Origin: Archaeoglobus sp. JdFR-37
Lineage (GTDB): Archaea; Halobacteriota; Archaeoglobi; Archaeoglobales; Archaeoglobaceae
Length of the DNA: 64,000 bases
Assembly (NCBI GenBank): GCA_002010215.1
Contig: MTMY01000031.1
Span: forward strand, 1-64,000
Direction of reading: 5' to 3'
The notes under the pieces were generated by a model. That model saw nothing but the letters and a program-made list of their open reading frames with translations, was not told the origin of the DNA and did no database searches. A program made the translations under genes and the position numbers. Each line of letters starts with the position of its first letter. Position 1 is the stretch's first letter. Of the stretch, positions 28,328 to 38,976 are shown piece by piece.

Positions 28328-29254
28328 TTACGAGAAAGCTTTTTCAAGAGGTGGCACAACCTGCTTCTTCCTGCTCATAACTCCATCAAGCCAGACACTT
28401 CTGTCTTCGACCTTCTTTCCAAAAGCCTTCTCTACAACACCGGAATCATCACTTACAACGAGAAGCTCCGTCCCCTCTTTGATTATGTCAGTTAGCATCA
28501 TGAAAACACTGTGGTACCCTCCTTCTTCCTTCACTTTTTTCATCTCTTCGTAGAGTGAGTCCTTCACTTCATCTAGCAGGCTAAGGTCTACCACCTCGAT
28601 CTGACCAATGCCCACCTTGTTTCCAGACATGTCGAAGTCCTTGAAATCTCTGAATAGAAGCTCCCTTGGAGGCTTGCCAGCTATATCGCTTTTAACCTTG
28701 AACATCTCCATGCCCAGAGTCTCCATATCTTCAACGCCAGCGATCTTTGCCAGATCTTCTGCGGCTTTTTTGTCCTTATCCGTTGTAGTGGCGGACTTGA
28801 AGATGACTGTGTCGCTGAGTATGGAAGCAAGCATAATACCTGCAATATTCTTTGGAATCTCGATGCCAAAGTAGTCATAAAGTGTTTTGACAACTGTTGC
28901 GGTACATCCAACAGGCATCGCCAGGAAGAAGATTGGATTGGGTGTTGTAACATCACCTATCTTGTGATGGTCGATGATTTCAACAATTTCCGCTTGATCA
29001 AGGTTATCCAAACTCTGCCCAATATCACTGTGATCAACCAGAATGACTTTCTTGCTGGCCCCATCAGTGAGCAATTCAGGAACTTCAACGCCAAATTTCT
29101 CCAGAACAAATTTTGTTTCAGGGTTTGGCTCTCCCTGCCTTGCGGCAACAGCACTTATGCCGAGCTTTTTCTTGAGCTCTGCATAGGCTATGGCAGAGCA
29201 GATGCTATCTGTATCTGGATTTTTATGCCCTACAATATAGATCGCTTCTGTCAT
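28328..29254 (-). CDS. ppaC: Mn-dependent (family II) inorganic pyrophosphatase
   Basis: GHKNPDTDS, IDHH, SDT, SRKKQVVP. Confidence 0.95.
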   Translation of the reverse strand: MTEAIYIVGHKNPDTDSICSAIAYAELKKKLGISAVAARQGEPNPETKFVLEKFGVEVPELLTDGASKKVILVDHSDIGQSLDNLDQAEIVEIIDHHKIGDVTTPNPIFFLAMPVGCTATVVKTLYDYFGIEIPKNIAGIMLASILSDTVIFKSATTTDKDKKAAEDLAKIAGVEDMETLGMEMFKVKSDIAGKPPRELLFRDFKDFDMSGNKVGIGQIEVVDLSLLDEVKDSLYEEMKKVKEEGGYHSVFMMLTDIIKEGTELLVVSDDSGVVEKAFGKKVEDRSVWLDGVMSRKKQVVPPLEKAFS

Positions 29255-29596
29255 GACAATCTTTTACAACAATTTGATATTAAAATTCTCCGCAAAGTGA
29301 CCATTTTAATCCTCTTAGGAAGGTTGATGTGTTGGATTAATAGAGGTCTTTTTTGCATTTTGACAGTACTTTGTCTAATGTACAATAATGCATTTACTGC
29401 CATCTCTCGCTACTCATTTCTTGATCTCTTAATTATATTGGTTTACATTTATACTACTAAATAATGATTATTTCTACAATAAATATAAAAATCTAGAGAA
29501 AGGAATTAGAAATTCTGCTATATTTTATTTCACAATGGATATGTGGGTCTAAATTATTAGGGGAAATCTATATATAGTGAAAAAAGAAGCTGTGAT

Positions 29597-30283
29597 ATGC
29601 ATACAACTGGGATATATGTCCTATTGGGTAGTATATTATTTTTTATATCTTTAATTAGCATTAGTATTTATTTGCAACCAAATCGAAAAGAGGTTTCAGA
29701 ATTCGTAAGCAGGAGAACTAAAATTGCCTTGAGATTTGGGTTTTTGGTTACGGTCTTCTTTCTCTACCTATTAGTTGTAGGTGTTTATCTCCTAGCTACT
29801 TCAAACGATTTGGTCAGATTTATGATGCTTGCTGGAGTAGTCGGTTTTTGGAGTTTATTGATGTTCATCAATATTACAACGATTTATGTTTTAGCTAAAA
29901 ACGGGTACAGGCTAGTTTTGTCTAAGGATATGGTAGACATTGTAATCTATTATGCAGTATTGTATTTGGTTTTGGATAAATTTGACTTTCCATGGGTCGC
30001 AATAGGCGTGTCATCAATCATCGTGGCAGTGGTTATTCTCTATTTGCTGATCATTGCGTTTAGGTACTCAAAAATGATGAATGCTATTGTGGAACCCGTA
30101 AATCTTTATACTCTAGGCTTGGGATTTAGAATTTTCTCAGGCTTCATCGGACTTTTGCTCATATCTATATACTTTTCAGAGAATGTTTTCAAGGGGCTGA
30201 TTGTCGTCTCGTGTCTGTTCTTTGCACTAATACTTTGGGATACTATCAGAAAAATAAAGCCAATAGTAAATATGAAACGATGA
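29597..30283 (+). CDS. Hypothetical multi-pass membrane protein (about 7 TM), AT-rich
   Basis: Long hydrophobic ORF with a TATA-like element upstream; no recognised motif. Confidence 0.6.
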   Translation: MHTTGIYVLLGSILFFISLISISIYLQPNRKEVSEFVSRRTKIALRFGFLVTVFFLYLLVVGVYLLATSNDLVRFMMLAGVVGFWSLLMFINITTIYVLAKNGYRLVLSKDMVDIVIYYAVLYLVLDKFDFPWVAIGVSSIIVAVVILYLLIIAFRYSKMMNAIVEPVNLYTLGLGFRIFSGFIGLLLISIYFSENVFKGLIVVSCLFFALILWDTIRKIKPIVNMKR

Positions 30284-30329
30284 GTTTTCGCCCTGAAAAT
30301 CTTAAAAACATTTCGAGCTATCCTATCTT

Positions 30330-31190
30330 ATGCCATCCCAAAAAATCCCCTTCGTGAAGATGCATGGCAATGGTAACGATTTCGTACTTATCGATGAATT
30401 CAAAGAAATTCTAATCCCTGAAAAAGAAAAATCGGATTTCGTAAAAGCCATATGTCACCGGAATTTTGGTGTTGGGGCTGATGGTGTACTCTTCGTTCAG
30501 CTTTCCGAAAAAGCAGATGCAAGGTTTCGATACTTCAACAGTGATGGAAGCGAAGCAGAGATGTGTGGAAATGGGATAAGGTGCTTCTGTAGATATCTGG
30601 TTGAAGAGGGCTATGCTGGTGAGGAGGTCAGGGTTGAGACTCTCGCCGGAATTCTGAAGCTTACAGTAAATCGGGATGGCTGGTGGGTTAAGGTAGACAT
30701 GGGAAAGCCGAAGTTTGAAGCTTCAGAAATTCCAGCTGAAGGGGAAGGGGAATTCAAGAAGAAGATGAGGGTAATTGACAGAGAATTTGAAGTTTTTGCT
30801 GCAAACACAGGAGTGCCTCATGCAGTCATATTTTTGGAGTCTCTGGATTTTGACATAGTTCCGTATGGAAGGGAAATCAGATTCAGCCCCCTTTTCCCTG
30901 AGGGAACAAATGTGAATTTCGCAAGAATAATTGACGAGCACAACATTCAGGTCAGAACTTATGAAAGAGGAGTAGAGAGTGAAACCCTTAGCTGTGGAAC
31001 TGGAAGCGTTGCTGTGGCAGCAATAGCTGTAAGGCATGGCTTAGCGAAAAATCCGGTTACGATTCACACCAGAGGGGGTGTTCTAATTATTGAGCTTGAA
31101 AGCGGGGTTGAAGGTGATAGAGCTTACATGACTGGCACCGCATCAAGGGTCTTTGAAGGATTCATCAACACAGGAGAGCTCAGGATATGA
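30330..31190 (+). CDS. dapF: Diaminopimelate epimerase
   Basis: KMHGNGNDF, GADG, MCGNG, G.PH, ERG..ETLSCGTG. Confidence 0.96.
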   Translation: MPSQKIPFVKMHGNGNDFVLIDEFKEILIPEKEKSDFVKAICHRNFGVGADGVLFVQLSEKADARFRYFNSDGSEAEMCGNGIRCFCRYLVEEGYAGEEVRVETLAGILKLTVNRDGWWVKVDMGKPKFEASEIPAEGEGEFKKKMRVIDREFEVFAANTGVPHAVIFLESLDFDIVPYGREIRFSPLFPEGTNVNFARIIDEHNIQVRTYERGVESETLSCGTGSVAVAAIAVRHGLAKNPVTIHTRGGVLIIELESGVEGDRAYMTGTASRVFEGFINTGELRI

Positions 31191-31945
31191 AGCTCGTTTT
31201 CCCAAATCGCCTCGCTCTTTCCGCCATGGCTGGCATATGCAATGCGGAGTTCGCTTCAAAGCATCCCGTGGGGTTTGCCGTACTGGGGGGCTTTAATGCT
31301 GACAGGACAGCGATGAAAGCTGCAATAGAAGCGGTGCAAAGAGGCAGAAAGGAGTTCATATTTAAAGATCCGATAGATGGAATTGAAGAAGAACTCAAGA
31401 AACTTAGAGAGATGCAATTTCCAGGAGTTGTGGGAGTTAATACGAGATCTGCCACTTTAGAAGGGTATACTAAGGTGGCGGAGCTTTGCCGGGATTATGG
31501 TGCAGTCATTGAGATAAACGCCCACTGCAGGCAACCAGAGTTTCTGAGCATTGGTTGTGGTCAGGAACTCCTTTTTAAAGCAGAGAGGCTGGCCGAAATA
31601 GTCTCAGCATGCTCTAAAATATGTCCGGTTTCGGTAAAAATCAGGGGAGGACTGGGAATTGATTACATCTCTTTGGCAAAACTTCTGAAAGATTCAGGGG
31701 CGTGCATAATTCACGTGGATGCTATGATTCCAGGGGGCGGAAACGATCTTCAGCTTGTGAGGAAGCTTTCAGCCATAATGTTTACCGTTGGAAATAACAG
31801 TGTGGTGGATTATGGGTCAGCAGTCAGGATGGCTGAAGTTTCTCACTTGGTTTCCGCTGCTAGAGCGGTGCTTAAAAATGAGAACTTTTTCCACTCTGTT
31901 CTGAAGGGTGAGCTTGCTAGAAGCGTGGAGCTCGTTCTGGAGTAA
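31187..31945 (+). CDS. MJ0144-family dihydrouridine-synthase-like FMN TIM barrel
   Basis: LSAMAG, EINAHCRQ, SVKIR, HVDAM, GNNS. Confidence 0.85.
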   Translation: MKLVFPNRLALSAMAGICNAEFASKHPVGFAVLGGFNADRTAMKAAIEAVQRGRKEFIFKDPIDGIEEELKKLREMQFPGVVGVNTRSATLEGYTKVAELCRDYGAVIEINAHCRQPEFLSIGCGQELLFKAERLAEIVSACSKICPVSVKIRGGLGIDYISLAKLLKDSGACIIHVDAMIPGGGNDLQLVRKLSAIMFTVGNNSVVDYGSAVRMAEVSHLVSAARAVLKNENFFHSVLKGELARSVELVLE

Positions 31946-31977
31946 AGTTATTTTAACCTGCCAGCTTATTCTATCCA

Positions 31978-33129
31978 ATGAATGCTCATGACGTTTACGT
32001 GATCCACTATGGAGAAGTGGCTCTGAAAGGGAAAAATCGAGATTACTTTGAGCGCAGACTAATTTCCAACATTAACTGGATGGTAAGACGGATCACCGAC
32101 AAGAAGGCGAAAAGAAGATATGGCAGAATAGTCTTGGAAGACGGGAATCCAGATATTGCAGAGAAGCTGAGAAAAATACCCGGGATCAAATACTTTGCAA
32201 GGGCAAAGAAAACTTCGCTGGAAATGGATGAAATCAAGAGGGCTGCTGTGGAAGTGCTTCCTGCAGAGTTCAGCACTTTCAGGGTAGATGCCACCAGAAG
32301 TAACAAGAGCTTCCCCCTCAACTCCATGGAGATTAACAGAGAAATAGGCGGCCACATAGCTGAAGTCACGGGGAAGGCTGTAAAGCTGAAGGAGCCTGAC
32401 GTTACCGTTTACATTGAGATATGTGAGAAAGAAAGTTACGTCTACATCGAGAAGGTGAAGGGCATTGGCGGTCTGCCTGTCGGCACCGCCGGAAAGGTGG
32501 TGGCGCTGGTATCAGGAGGTATTGATAGTCCTGTCGCCGCTTTCATGATGATGAAAAGAGGATGTGCGGTTGTCGCAGTCCACTTCTTCAATCAGACACT
32601 TCACTCTCCGCAGGTGAGAAGGAAAATTGAGATGCTTGCGGAGAAGTTGGCAGAAATCCAGGGTGGAATAAGGCTTTACATGGTTCCATTTGGTGAGGTG
32701 CAGAGGGAGATAATAAAGGCTGTGCCCGCCAAGTGGAGGATGCTTATCTATCGTAGAAGTATGATGAGAATGGCTAATCTTATAGCGAAGCAGGAGAAAG
32801 CCAGTGGATTGGTTACAGGAGATAACCTGGCCCAAGTCGCCAGCCAAACCCTTCACAACTTAGATGTGATATATAAAGCCTCCACTCTCCCTGTTTTGCC
32901 ACCCCTTATAGGATTCGATAAGGAGGAGACAATCAACATAGCCAAGCAGATAGGCACATATGAGATATCCATAATGCCTTACGAAGACTGCTGTTCCCTT
33001 ATGATAGCAAAACACCCCGAAACGAGGGGTAACCCTGAAACTGCTGAACAAATTGAGAAAGGTATTAATTTCCATGAGCTGGAAAAAAAAGCGGTGGAAG
33101 AAGCAGAAATCAGAGAGTTTGGATTGTAA
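31978..33129 (+). CDS. thiI: tRNA 4-thiouridine synthase (THUMP + PP-loop, no rhodanese domain)
   Basis: [33 protein letters not shown]. Confidence 0.95.
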   Translation: MNAHDVYVIHYGEVALKGKNRDYFERRLISNINWMVRRITDKKAKRRYGRIVLEDGNPDIAEKLRKIPGIKYFARAKKTSLEMDEIKRAAVEVLPAEFSTFRVDATRSNKSFPLNSMEINREIGGHIAEVTGKAVKLKEPDVTVYIEICEKESYVYIEKVKGIGGLPVGTAGKVVALVSGGIDSPVAAFMMMKRGCAVVAVHFFNQTLHSPQVRRKIEMLAEKLAEIQGGIRLYMVPFGEVQREIIKAVPAKWRMLIYRRSMMRMANLIAKQEKASGLVTGDNLAQVASQTLHNLDVIYKASTLPVLPPLIGFDKEETINIAKQIGTYEISIMPYEDCCSLMIAKHPETRGNPETAEQIEKGINFHELEKKAVEEAEIREFGL

Positions 33130-33160
33130 CCCAATCCACCAATAATTATGACCAAGAGGT

Positions 33161-34033
33161 GTGTTAATGAGGATCTCCCCAAAATGTCCGGCATGCCTTC
33201 TCAACAGAGTTCAGATGGAGTCCAGATTAGCTACAGACAGTGAAGAAGTTATTGCCATGGCTGTTGGTGAGGCTCTGAAGGTTCTCTGTCAAGAGTACCC
33301 AAAAAGAGGCATTAATGCGGTTATAGCCACAAAGATCCACCGCAGAGTGTATGAGATTCTCGGAAGCGAGGACCCATACAAGGCTCTGAAGGAGAGAGCG
33401 AACAGTGTTGCAATGCTGTATAGGGATTGGGTGGAAGATGTTGTCAGGTTCAGCGATGATAGCTTCAAAACAGCTTTGATTGCCAGTATAATTGCCAACA
33501 CTTTCGACTATGGTGTGATGGGGCATAGTGTCCAGGACAAGGCTTTCAAGGAATTTTTTGAAAGAAAGTTGAATGATGGACTGGTTATTGACGACAGTGA
33601 AGATATTCGGAACTTGTCAAGGGGCAAGGTCGTTTACATAACCGACAACGCTGGCGAAATCGTCATCGATGCAGTTTTCATGAAGGAATTAAAAAAGATG
33701 AGTGAAAGGCTGACTGCAGTGGTGAGGGGTAAACCAATCATCAGTGATGCAACCCTTGAAGATGCTTATTTCGCTGGCATAGGTAATATTGCTGACGAAA
33801 TCTTCACGAACGGAGAGGGTGCAGTTGGTATAATTGAAGAAGAGCTCCCTGAAGAGACACTTGAAAGGCTGGAGGAGGCAGACATTATAATCGCTAAGGG
33901 AATGGCAAATTATGAGTGCATGGATGAAATGCGCTTCTCTCCTGTTGCATTTCTCCTTACTGCCAAATGTGAGCCGGTGGCAAAGTCAATAGGCGTTGAA
34001 GTTGGAGACATGGTTGCCATGCTGAGGCGATAG
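33161..34033 (+). CDS. Damage-control phosphatase, ARMT1/DUF89 family
   Basis: C..C, DPY...K, N.FD, DNAGE, KGMANYE, KC. Confidence 0.9.
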   Translation: MLMRISPKCPACLLNRVQMESRLATDSEEVIAMAVGEALKVLCQEYPKRGINAVIATKIHRRVYEILGSEDPYKALKERANSVAMLYRDWVEDVVRFSDDSFKTALIASIIANTFDYGVMGHSVQDKAFKEFFERKLNDGLVIDDSEDIRNLSRGKVVYITDNAGEIVIDAVFMKELKKMSERLTAVVRGKPIISDATLEDAYFAGIGNIADEIFTNGEGAVGIIEEELPEETLERLEEADIIIAKGMANYECMDEMRFSPVAFLLTAKCEPVAKSIGVEVGDMVAMLRR

Positions 34034-34035
34034 GT

Positions 34036-34578
34036 ATGGATATAGATATGGACAATCTGAGGGAGAGAACACTTAAGGAGCTTTTCAGTGCTCTTGAAGG
34101 CGTTAGTGGTAGCGTTCTAGAATGTAGATACTATCCCTGCCATTTTGAAGGACAGGACTGCACCTTCTGTTATTGCCCTTTTTATCCCTGTCTAATCTAT
34201 GACACTGGTGGTAGGCTGAAAGGAGATGTGTGGAGCTGTATGGACTGTACATGGGTTCATGAGCGGGAGAATGTGGAGAAAATCATCGAAGCCCTGAGCA
34301 TTTATCCCCGACAGAAGCTGGTGGAAGAAGATTGGCACTTCTTCAATGTTATTCTCCAAATATTGCTGTATGGATCGGAAATGGGGACATGGCATGAAGG
34401 CAACTACAATCTGCTGAGTTTGGCTGGCGAAGATGCTCAGAGAAGCGAAATGTTCTTAGCCGTCAAAATTCAGGATTTTCAAATCGTTGAAGTTCTGAAA
34501 TCTCCTGACATCTCGTCACTTGAGAGCTACATCTTAGTACCACTGGCGGACGCATCTTTGACAGATGATGAGGTGTAA
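34036..34578 (+). CDS. Cysteine-rich small-domain protein
   Basis: CRYYPCH...DCTFCYCPFYPC...WSCMDC..H. Confidence 0.85.
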   Translation: MDIDMDNLRERTLKELFSALEGVSGSVLECRYYPCHFEGQDCTFCYCPFYPCLIYDTGGRLKGDVWSCMDCTWVHERENVEKIIEALSIYPRQKLVEEDWHFFNVILQILLYGSEMGTWHEGNYNLLSLAGEDAQRSEMFLAVKIQDFQIVEVLKSPDISSLESYILVPLADASLTDDEV

Positions 34579-34593
34579 TAAGGTCTAATATAA

Positions 34594-35670
34594 TCAGCAT
34601 ATTCCGGTTTTTGTGAGAATCAGCTCAAACTCATCTTTGTCTGGGTTTGTGTCTTCCAGTATCGTGTATCTCTTCTTTCTAATTCTTTTGGCATAAATTA
34701 AGGCTTCCACAACCTGTTCTTTTGTAAGACTAAGTTCTTTTGCAGTTGTTGGTGCCTGAATCTTCTCAAGGCTGAGTTTTATGCGTTCCCAGCTCCCTTC
34801 TCCATAATGTTTTTCATGGAGATATTCCATGATTATCGTTCCTATTCCTACCTGTTCACCGTGGGTGGCATCTCCATATCCCAGATAATCCAAGGCGTGG
34901 CTGAATTTGTGCTCAGCACCGCTTGCTGGTCTGCTTGATCCGACAATTGATATTGCTACGCCGCTGAGTATCAGCCCTCTAATGAGCATCTCAAGATGTG
35001 ATGGCTGTTTCAAATCGAGATTTTCTGCCTGACTCAGCATTAGATTTGCAGGCATCACGGCTATGCTTGCAGCTATGTCGTTGTACTCTTCATCCATCTT
35101 ATCCCTGGCCAGCTTCCAGTCCCTCACAGCCGTTATGTTAGATATCAGATCTCCATAGCCACTCCTGAGAAATCTGATGGGACTGTATCTCAAAATGACG
35201 AGATCTGCCAAAACGGCTGTTGGTGGGCGGGTAGAGATTGATAGGGGTTTTCCACCCTCTTTGAAGCTTGCGACGGGGCTTGCTATCCCATCGTGGCTGG
35301 CAACTGTTGGAATGCTGATAAAAGGCACGCTTAACTCTGAGGCCAGAACCTTTCCTATGTCTAGAACTTTTCCTCCACCTACACCTACGATTGAATCTAC
35401 ATCTTCATAGCTGATGCTGAATTCCACTGTTCTTACTTCCTCCATGCTTGCTTTGGTTACAAAAAAAGTGTTAATCAGATAATCCGAAATCCTTTCCTGA
35501 ATCTTCTGTCCAGCAGCTTCGTATGAGGACTTACCGGTGAGCATTATGGCATTGGAAAGTTCCAGCTTCTCCAGAACCTCTCTTACTTTTTTTCTTGGAC
35601 CTTCACCAATTTCAACAATAAAAGGCAGTTCTGCCAGTTTCAAATATTCAGATCTGTATCTTCTCGGCAT
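34594..35670 (-). CDS. egsA: sn-glycerol-1-phosphate dehydrogenase
   Basis: GGGK.LD, PT.ASHDG.ASP, RPASGAEHKFSH, HGEQVG. Confidence 0.95.
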   Translation of the reverse strand: MPRRYRSEYLKLAELPFIVEIGEGPRKKVREVLEKLELSNAIMLTGKSSYEAAGQKIQERISDYLINTFFVTKASMEEVRTVEFSISYEDVDSIVGVGGGKVLDIGKVLASELSVPFISIPTVASHDGIASPVASFKEGGKPLSISTRPPTAVLADLVILRYSPIRFLRSGYGDLISNITAVRDWKLARDKMDEEYNDIAASIAVMPANLMLSQAENLDLKQPSHLEMLIRGLILSGVAISIVGSSRPASGAEHKFSHALDYLGYGDATHGEQVGIGTIIMEYLHEKHYGEGSWERIKLSLEKIQAPTTAKELSLTKEQVVEALIYAKRIRKKRYTILEDTNPDKDEFELILTKTGIC

Positions 35671-35735
35671 GCAAACACCTTCTAACTTTTTAATACATAT
35701 CGTACTAATATTGTGGAAAATTAAATTTTTTGAAA

Positions 35736-36620
35736 TTAATAGATTCCGAACTCTCTTGAAAGTCTCTGCAATCTTTCTATTCTCTTTTCAATGGGTGGAT
35801 GAGTAGAGAACAGGCTCAGAAGAGTCTCTCCACTGAGAGCAGGTATTATGAAGAAGGCATTGAGCCCCTCAACCTCCTTCTTGTATTCTGGTGGCACATA
35901 TTCCATTTTTCCACTGATTTTTGCCAGAGCCGAAATCAGGGCTTTTGGATTTCTGGTCAAAAATGCGCTTCCGGCATCTGCTGCAAACTCACGGTATCTA
36001 CTCAAAGCGCGAATCAGAATGAAGCTTATAAGCCATACCAGTGCGGAAACTGCGAAGAGAATTATACCAGCACTGGCCCCCTCTCTTCTGTTTCCTCCAA
36101 ACATCCCTGCAAACATTGCCCAGCGCATGATGAAAAAGGCGATGGTAGAGATAAAGCTGGCTATGGTCATGACAGCAACATCTCTGTTCTTTATATGACT
36201 CAATTCATGGGCTATCACAGCTTCCAGCTCTTCCTTGTTAAGAGTCCTGAGCAATCCGGTTGTTACTGCAACTACAGCATTTTTGGCATTTCTCCCAGTT
36301 GCAAAGGCGTTTGGGACGGGTGTATCAATTATCGCCACCCTGGGCATTGGGAGGCTAGCCTCCATGGTCAGTCTTCTCACCATTCCGTAAAGTTCTGGAG
36401 CATCACTTTCATCCACAACTCTTGCGCCACTGCTCCATAGTACTATCTTGTCGGAGTAAAAATACTGGATAAACAAAAAGCTTCCAGCAAAGAGTGCTAT
36501 GAAGGTGATGTCAATGTTGAATGCTGCAAGAACAGCTAGGAATGCGAGGTAAACTATTGCTAAGAGGAACATTGTCATAAACATTCTGAGGCTCAATCCA
36601 GGGTCTCTGATCCAAGTCAT
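35736..36620 (-). CDS. htpX: Zn metalloprotease HtpX
   Basis: PNAFATG, HELSH, SRYREFAAD, STHPP. Confidence 0.95.
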   Translation of the reverse strand: MTWIRDPGLSLRMFMTMFLLAIVYLAFLAVLAAFNIDITFIALFAGSFLFIQYFYSDKIVLWSSGARVVDESDAPELYGMVRRLTMEASLPMPRVAIIDTPVPNAFATGRNAKNAVVAVTTGLLRTLNKEELEAVIAHELSHIKNRDVAVMTIASFISTIAFFIMRWAMFAGMFGGNRREGASAGIILFAVSALVWLISFILIRALSRYREFAADAGSAFLTRNPKALISALAKISGKMEYVPPEYKKEVEGLNAFFIIPALSGETLLSLFSTHPPIEKRIERLQRLSREFGIY

Positions 36621-36840
36621 GGCTTTATTTTAGGTGAATGAGCTTAAAAAATTAACCCTCATTCTGATAACGTATTTCATCCAGATATCTGTGGAAGATG
36701 TGAGATAACTCTTTTAGAACCTTAATATCAATGTTTTACGTCAATTGCAATATAGGTTGCGTTGTACCATTCTACCATCTACTAGGTAAAGTGGAATCAA
36801 TATGGGAAAAAGCTTAAGAGGTTTAAAGATGAGTTTTGTT

Positions 36841-36899
36841 GCCCGCCAGCCATGCGTCCCCTGAGCAGTGATGGGGATTCCACACGGCGGGCAACAAAC
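36841..36899 (+). ncRNA. Single-hairpin H/ACA pseudouridylation guide RNA (candidate)
   Basis: Lower stem GCCCGCC/GGCGGGC, internal pocket, upper stem TCCCC/GGGGA capped by the K-loop-like TGAGCAGTGAT, then ACA at 36894-36896. BRE/TATA-like GAAAAAGCTTAAG lies upstream. Confidence 0.75.
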
Positions 36900-36983
36900 A
36901 AAACTTTACCACTTCGCTAGGCACGAGCTAGAAACAGTTATACTATACTGAAGAATATTTTAGCTGGAAGTTGAGGTGAGTTT

Positions 36984-37718
36984 ATGGAGGAATTCAATAA
37001 AGATCCATTCGAAATTTTGACAGTTGAACACTACCCCATCATAGAAGTTGCCTCTGCCTTGGCAGCCATCAGGAGTGGTTCAGAAATTGATGCTGAAATG
37101 CTCAGAAAAGCTGTTGATTTTATAAGGAGGTTTGCAGACAGGTATCATCATGAAAAGGAGGAAGCAATACTCTTCACCCTAGTCAGGGAGAAAGGCTTGG
37201 ATGTCTCGCCAATTGATGCAATGGAGAAGGAGCACGAGATGGTAAGATGGAAAGTGAGGAAAGCTGTTGAAGCTCTGGATAATGGTGATATAAGGGGTGC
37301 AGTGGTTAATTTAAGAGAATGGGCAAACTTCATTCCCGATCACATTGATAGAGAGAATCACAGTCTTTTTCCCGGTTTGGCAAGGTTCTTCGACGAGGAA
37401 GAAAGGAACAAGATGCTGGAGAAGTTCAAAAGAGTTGATGAAGAGCTTGGAACCCTCCAAGATATGCAGAAAATGGCTGACGAGCTGTTTTTGGCAATTC
37501 TAAGCAAAACAGGCGAGGCAATAGTGGAAGCAAGGGCTGTGAGGGAGGAGGAGAGAGATAGGTTTGTGGAAAGACTTGCAAAGATGATGCCCGAAAATAC
37601 CTCTCTTATTGTGATGTATGACGAGGAGGCTGAAGAGCTTACCAAGAGTCTCAAGGGATTCGAAATCCGGGAGCTCAGAAGGAAAGACGTCTATGCTTTC
37701 AAAATAAGGCGCAAGTAG
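36984..37718 (+). CDS. Hemerythrin-domain protein with C-terminal DUF2249-like domain
   Basis: EH, HHEKEE..LF, EH, HIDREN..LFP. Confidence 0.85.
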   Translation: MEEFNKDPFEILTVEHYPIIEVASALAAIRSGSEIDAEMLRKAVDFIRRFADRYHHEKEEAILFTLVREKGLDVSPIDAMEKEHEMVRWKVRKAVEALDNGDIRGAVVNLREWANFIPDHIDRENHSLFPGLARFFDEEERNKMLEKFKRVDEELGTLQDMQKMADELFLAILSKTGEAIVEARAVREEERDRFVERLAKMMPENTSLIVMYDEEAEELTKSLKGFEIRELRRKDVYAFKIRRK

Positions 37719-37779
37719 CTGTTAGTAGGTATTAGTAGTTAATGTGGAGTATTATATCCTCCCTATATCTCCATCTATG

Positions 37780-38253
37780 TCACTCATCATCTCCAGCTGG
37801 GAAATAGATTACTTCTATACCTGCCTCCTCCAGAAATTCTAGGCCTCTGCCATCTGCATACTCTCTGCCGTACACCACCTTCTTTATTTTGGCATTGATT
37901 ATCATTTTTGCACACATTATGCACGGCTGATGTGTGGTGTAGAGCGTTGCACCCTCAATGCTCACACCATGCACCGCAGCCTGAATTATCGCATTTTGTT
38001 CTGCATGAACTGCTCTGCAGAGCTCATGTCGCTCTCCTGAGGGAACATTGAGCTGCTCTCTCAGACAACCGATGTCAAGGCAGTGAGGAAGTCCAGAGGG
38101 GGCTCCATTGTAGCCTGTCGTCAGAATCCTTTTGTCCTTCACAATCACCGCTCCCACATTCTGACGAAGACATGTGGAGCGTTTAGCAACAACTTTGGCA
38201 ATCTCCATGAAATATTCGTCCATTGTAGGTCTTGCGGTTTTCGTGGGCCTCAC
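37780..38253 (-). CDS. dCMP deaminase (ComEB-like)
   Basis: RSTC, GYNG, HAEQNA, PC.MC. Confidence 0.92.
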   Translation of the reverse strand: MRPTKTARPTMDEYFMEIAKVVAKRSTCLRQNVGAVIVKDKRILTTGYNGAPSGLPHCLDIGCLREQLNVPSGERHELCRAVHAEQNAIIQAAVHGVSIEGATLYTTHQPCIMCAKMIINAKIKKVVYGREYADGRGLEFLEEAGIEVIYFPAGDDE

Positions 38254-38460
38254 AATATCAGCCTTGCAGTAAATAGTTTTAAGCTTTTCTCAGATTTGTT
38301 AAATCGGATTGGAGGGGCAGTATTGATCCATCATCTCATTTTCTAGGCTGAACTACTTTGAAAATCCTGTATCTGGTTGAAATAACATCAGTCATAGAAA
38401 ACTAAAAATATCGTGCCAATCAACATAAATCGCACAAATATTCTCAGTAAAGGTGATGAT

Positions 38461-38976
38461 ATGGTAAAAAGGGCAAAGCTTGTAAATGACTTGGCGGAAC
38501 TCGTTCCAATCCTTCAGATTTTCTCCACCGAAACGTATAGGGGCATTTACGAGACGCTTCTGGACGGGTGGTACACTCTTGATGAACTAAAGGAAAGATT
38601 TGGCGATGGTGTTGATGAGGCATTGAAGGTTCTCAAACATGCAGGGATGTTGGAAGCCAAGTGGAGAATGCCATCTGACCCGAAAGAGAAGCCGGCTAAG
38701 GAGTATCATGTCAGCTACACCCATATCAGTGCAAACTTCTATTCGTCACTGAAAGAGCTTAATGAGATTTTGAATGTTGTGTTTATGCCTGATGATGAGT
38801 TTGAAGAGATCGTAGATAAGATAATCTCGGAAATTAAGGCTGGTAGGAGTTCAGTTCAGTACATAAGCAAAGGTCTTGGCTATAGCCAGCTTTTTGTCAG
38901 GGCAGTGGCCAAGAGATCCAACAGATTGACTCTTAAAGGCCAGCTGGTAGAGATGGCGAAGGATGAAGAGATATAA
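38461..38976 (+). CDS. Archaeal ArsR-like transcriptional regulator
   Basis: 'LVND..ELVP', 'W.T..EL', 'WRMP....KP.KEYH'. ATG at 38461 follows a GGTGA RBS. Confidence 0.75.
   Translation: MVKRAKLVNDLAELVPILQIFSTETYRGIYETLLDGWYTLDELKERFGDGVDEALKVLKHAGMLEAKWRMPSDPKEKPAKEYHVSYTHISANFYSSLKELNEILNVVFMPDDEFEEIVDKIISEIKAGRSSVQYISKGLGYSQLFVRAVAKRSNRLTLKGQLVEMAKDEEI

Noticed and set aside
28307..28333. Direct repeat AAAAGGGTTA x2 at convergent gene ends
   Set aside because: Short local duplication at a gene junction with no element nearby.
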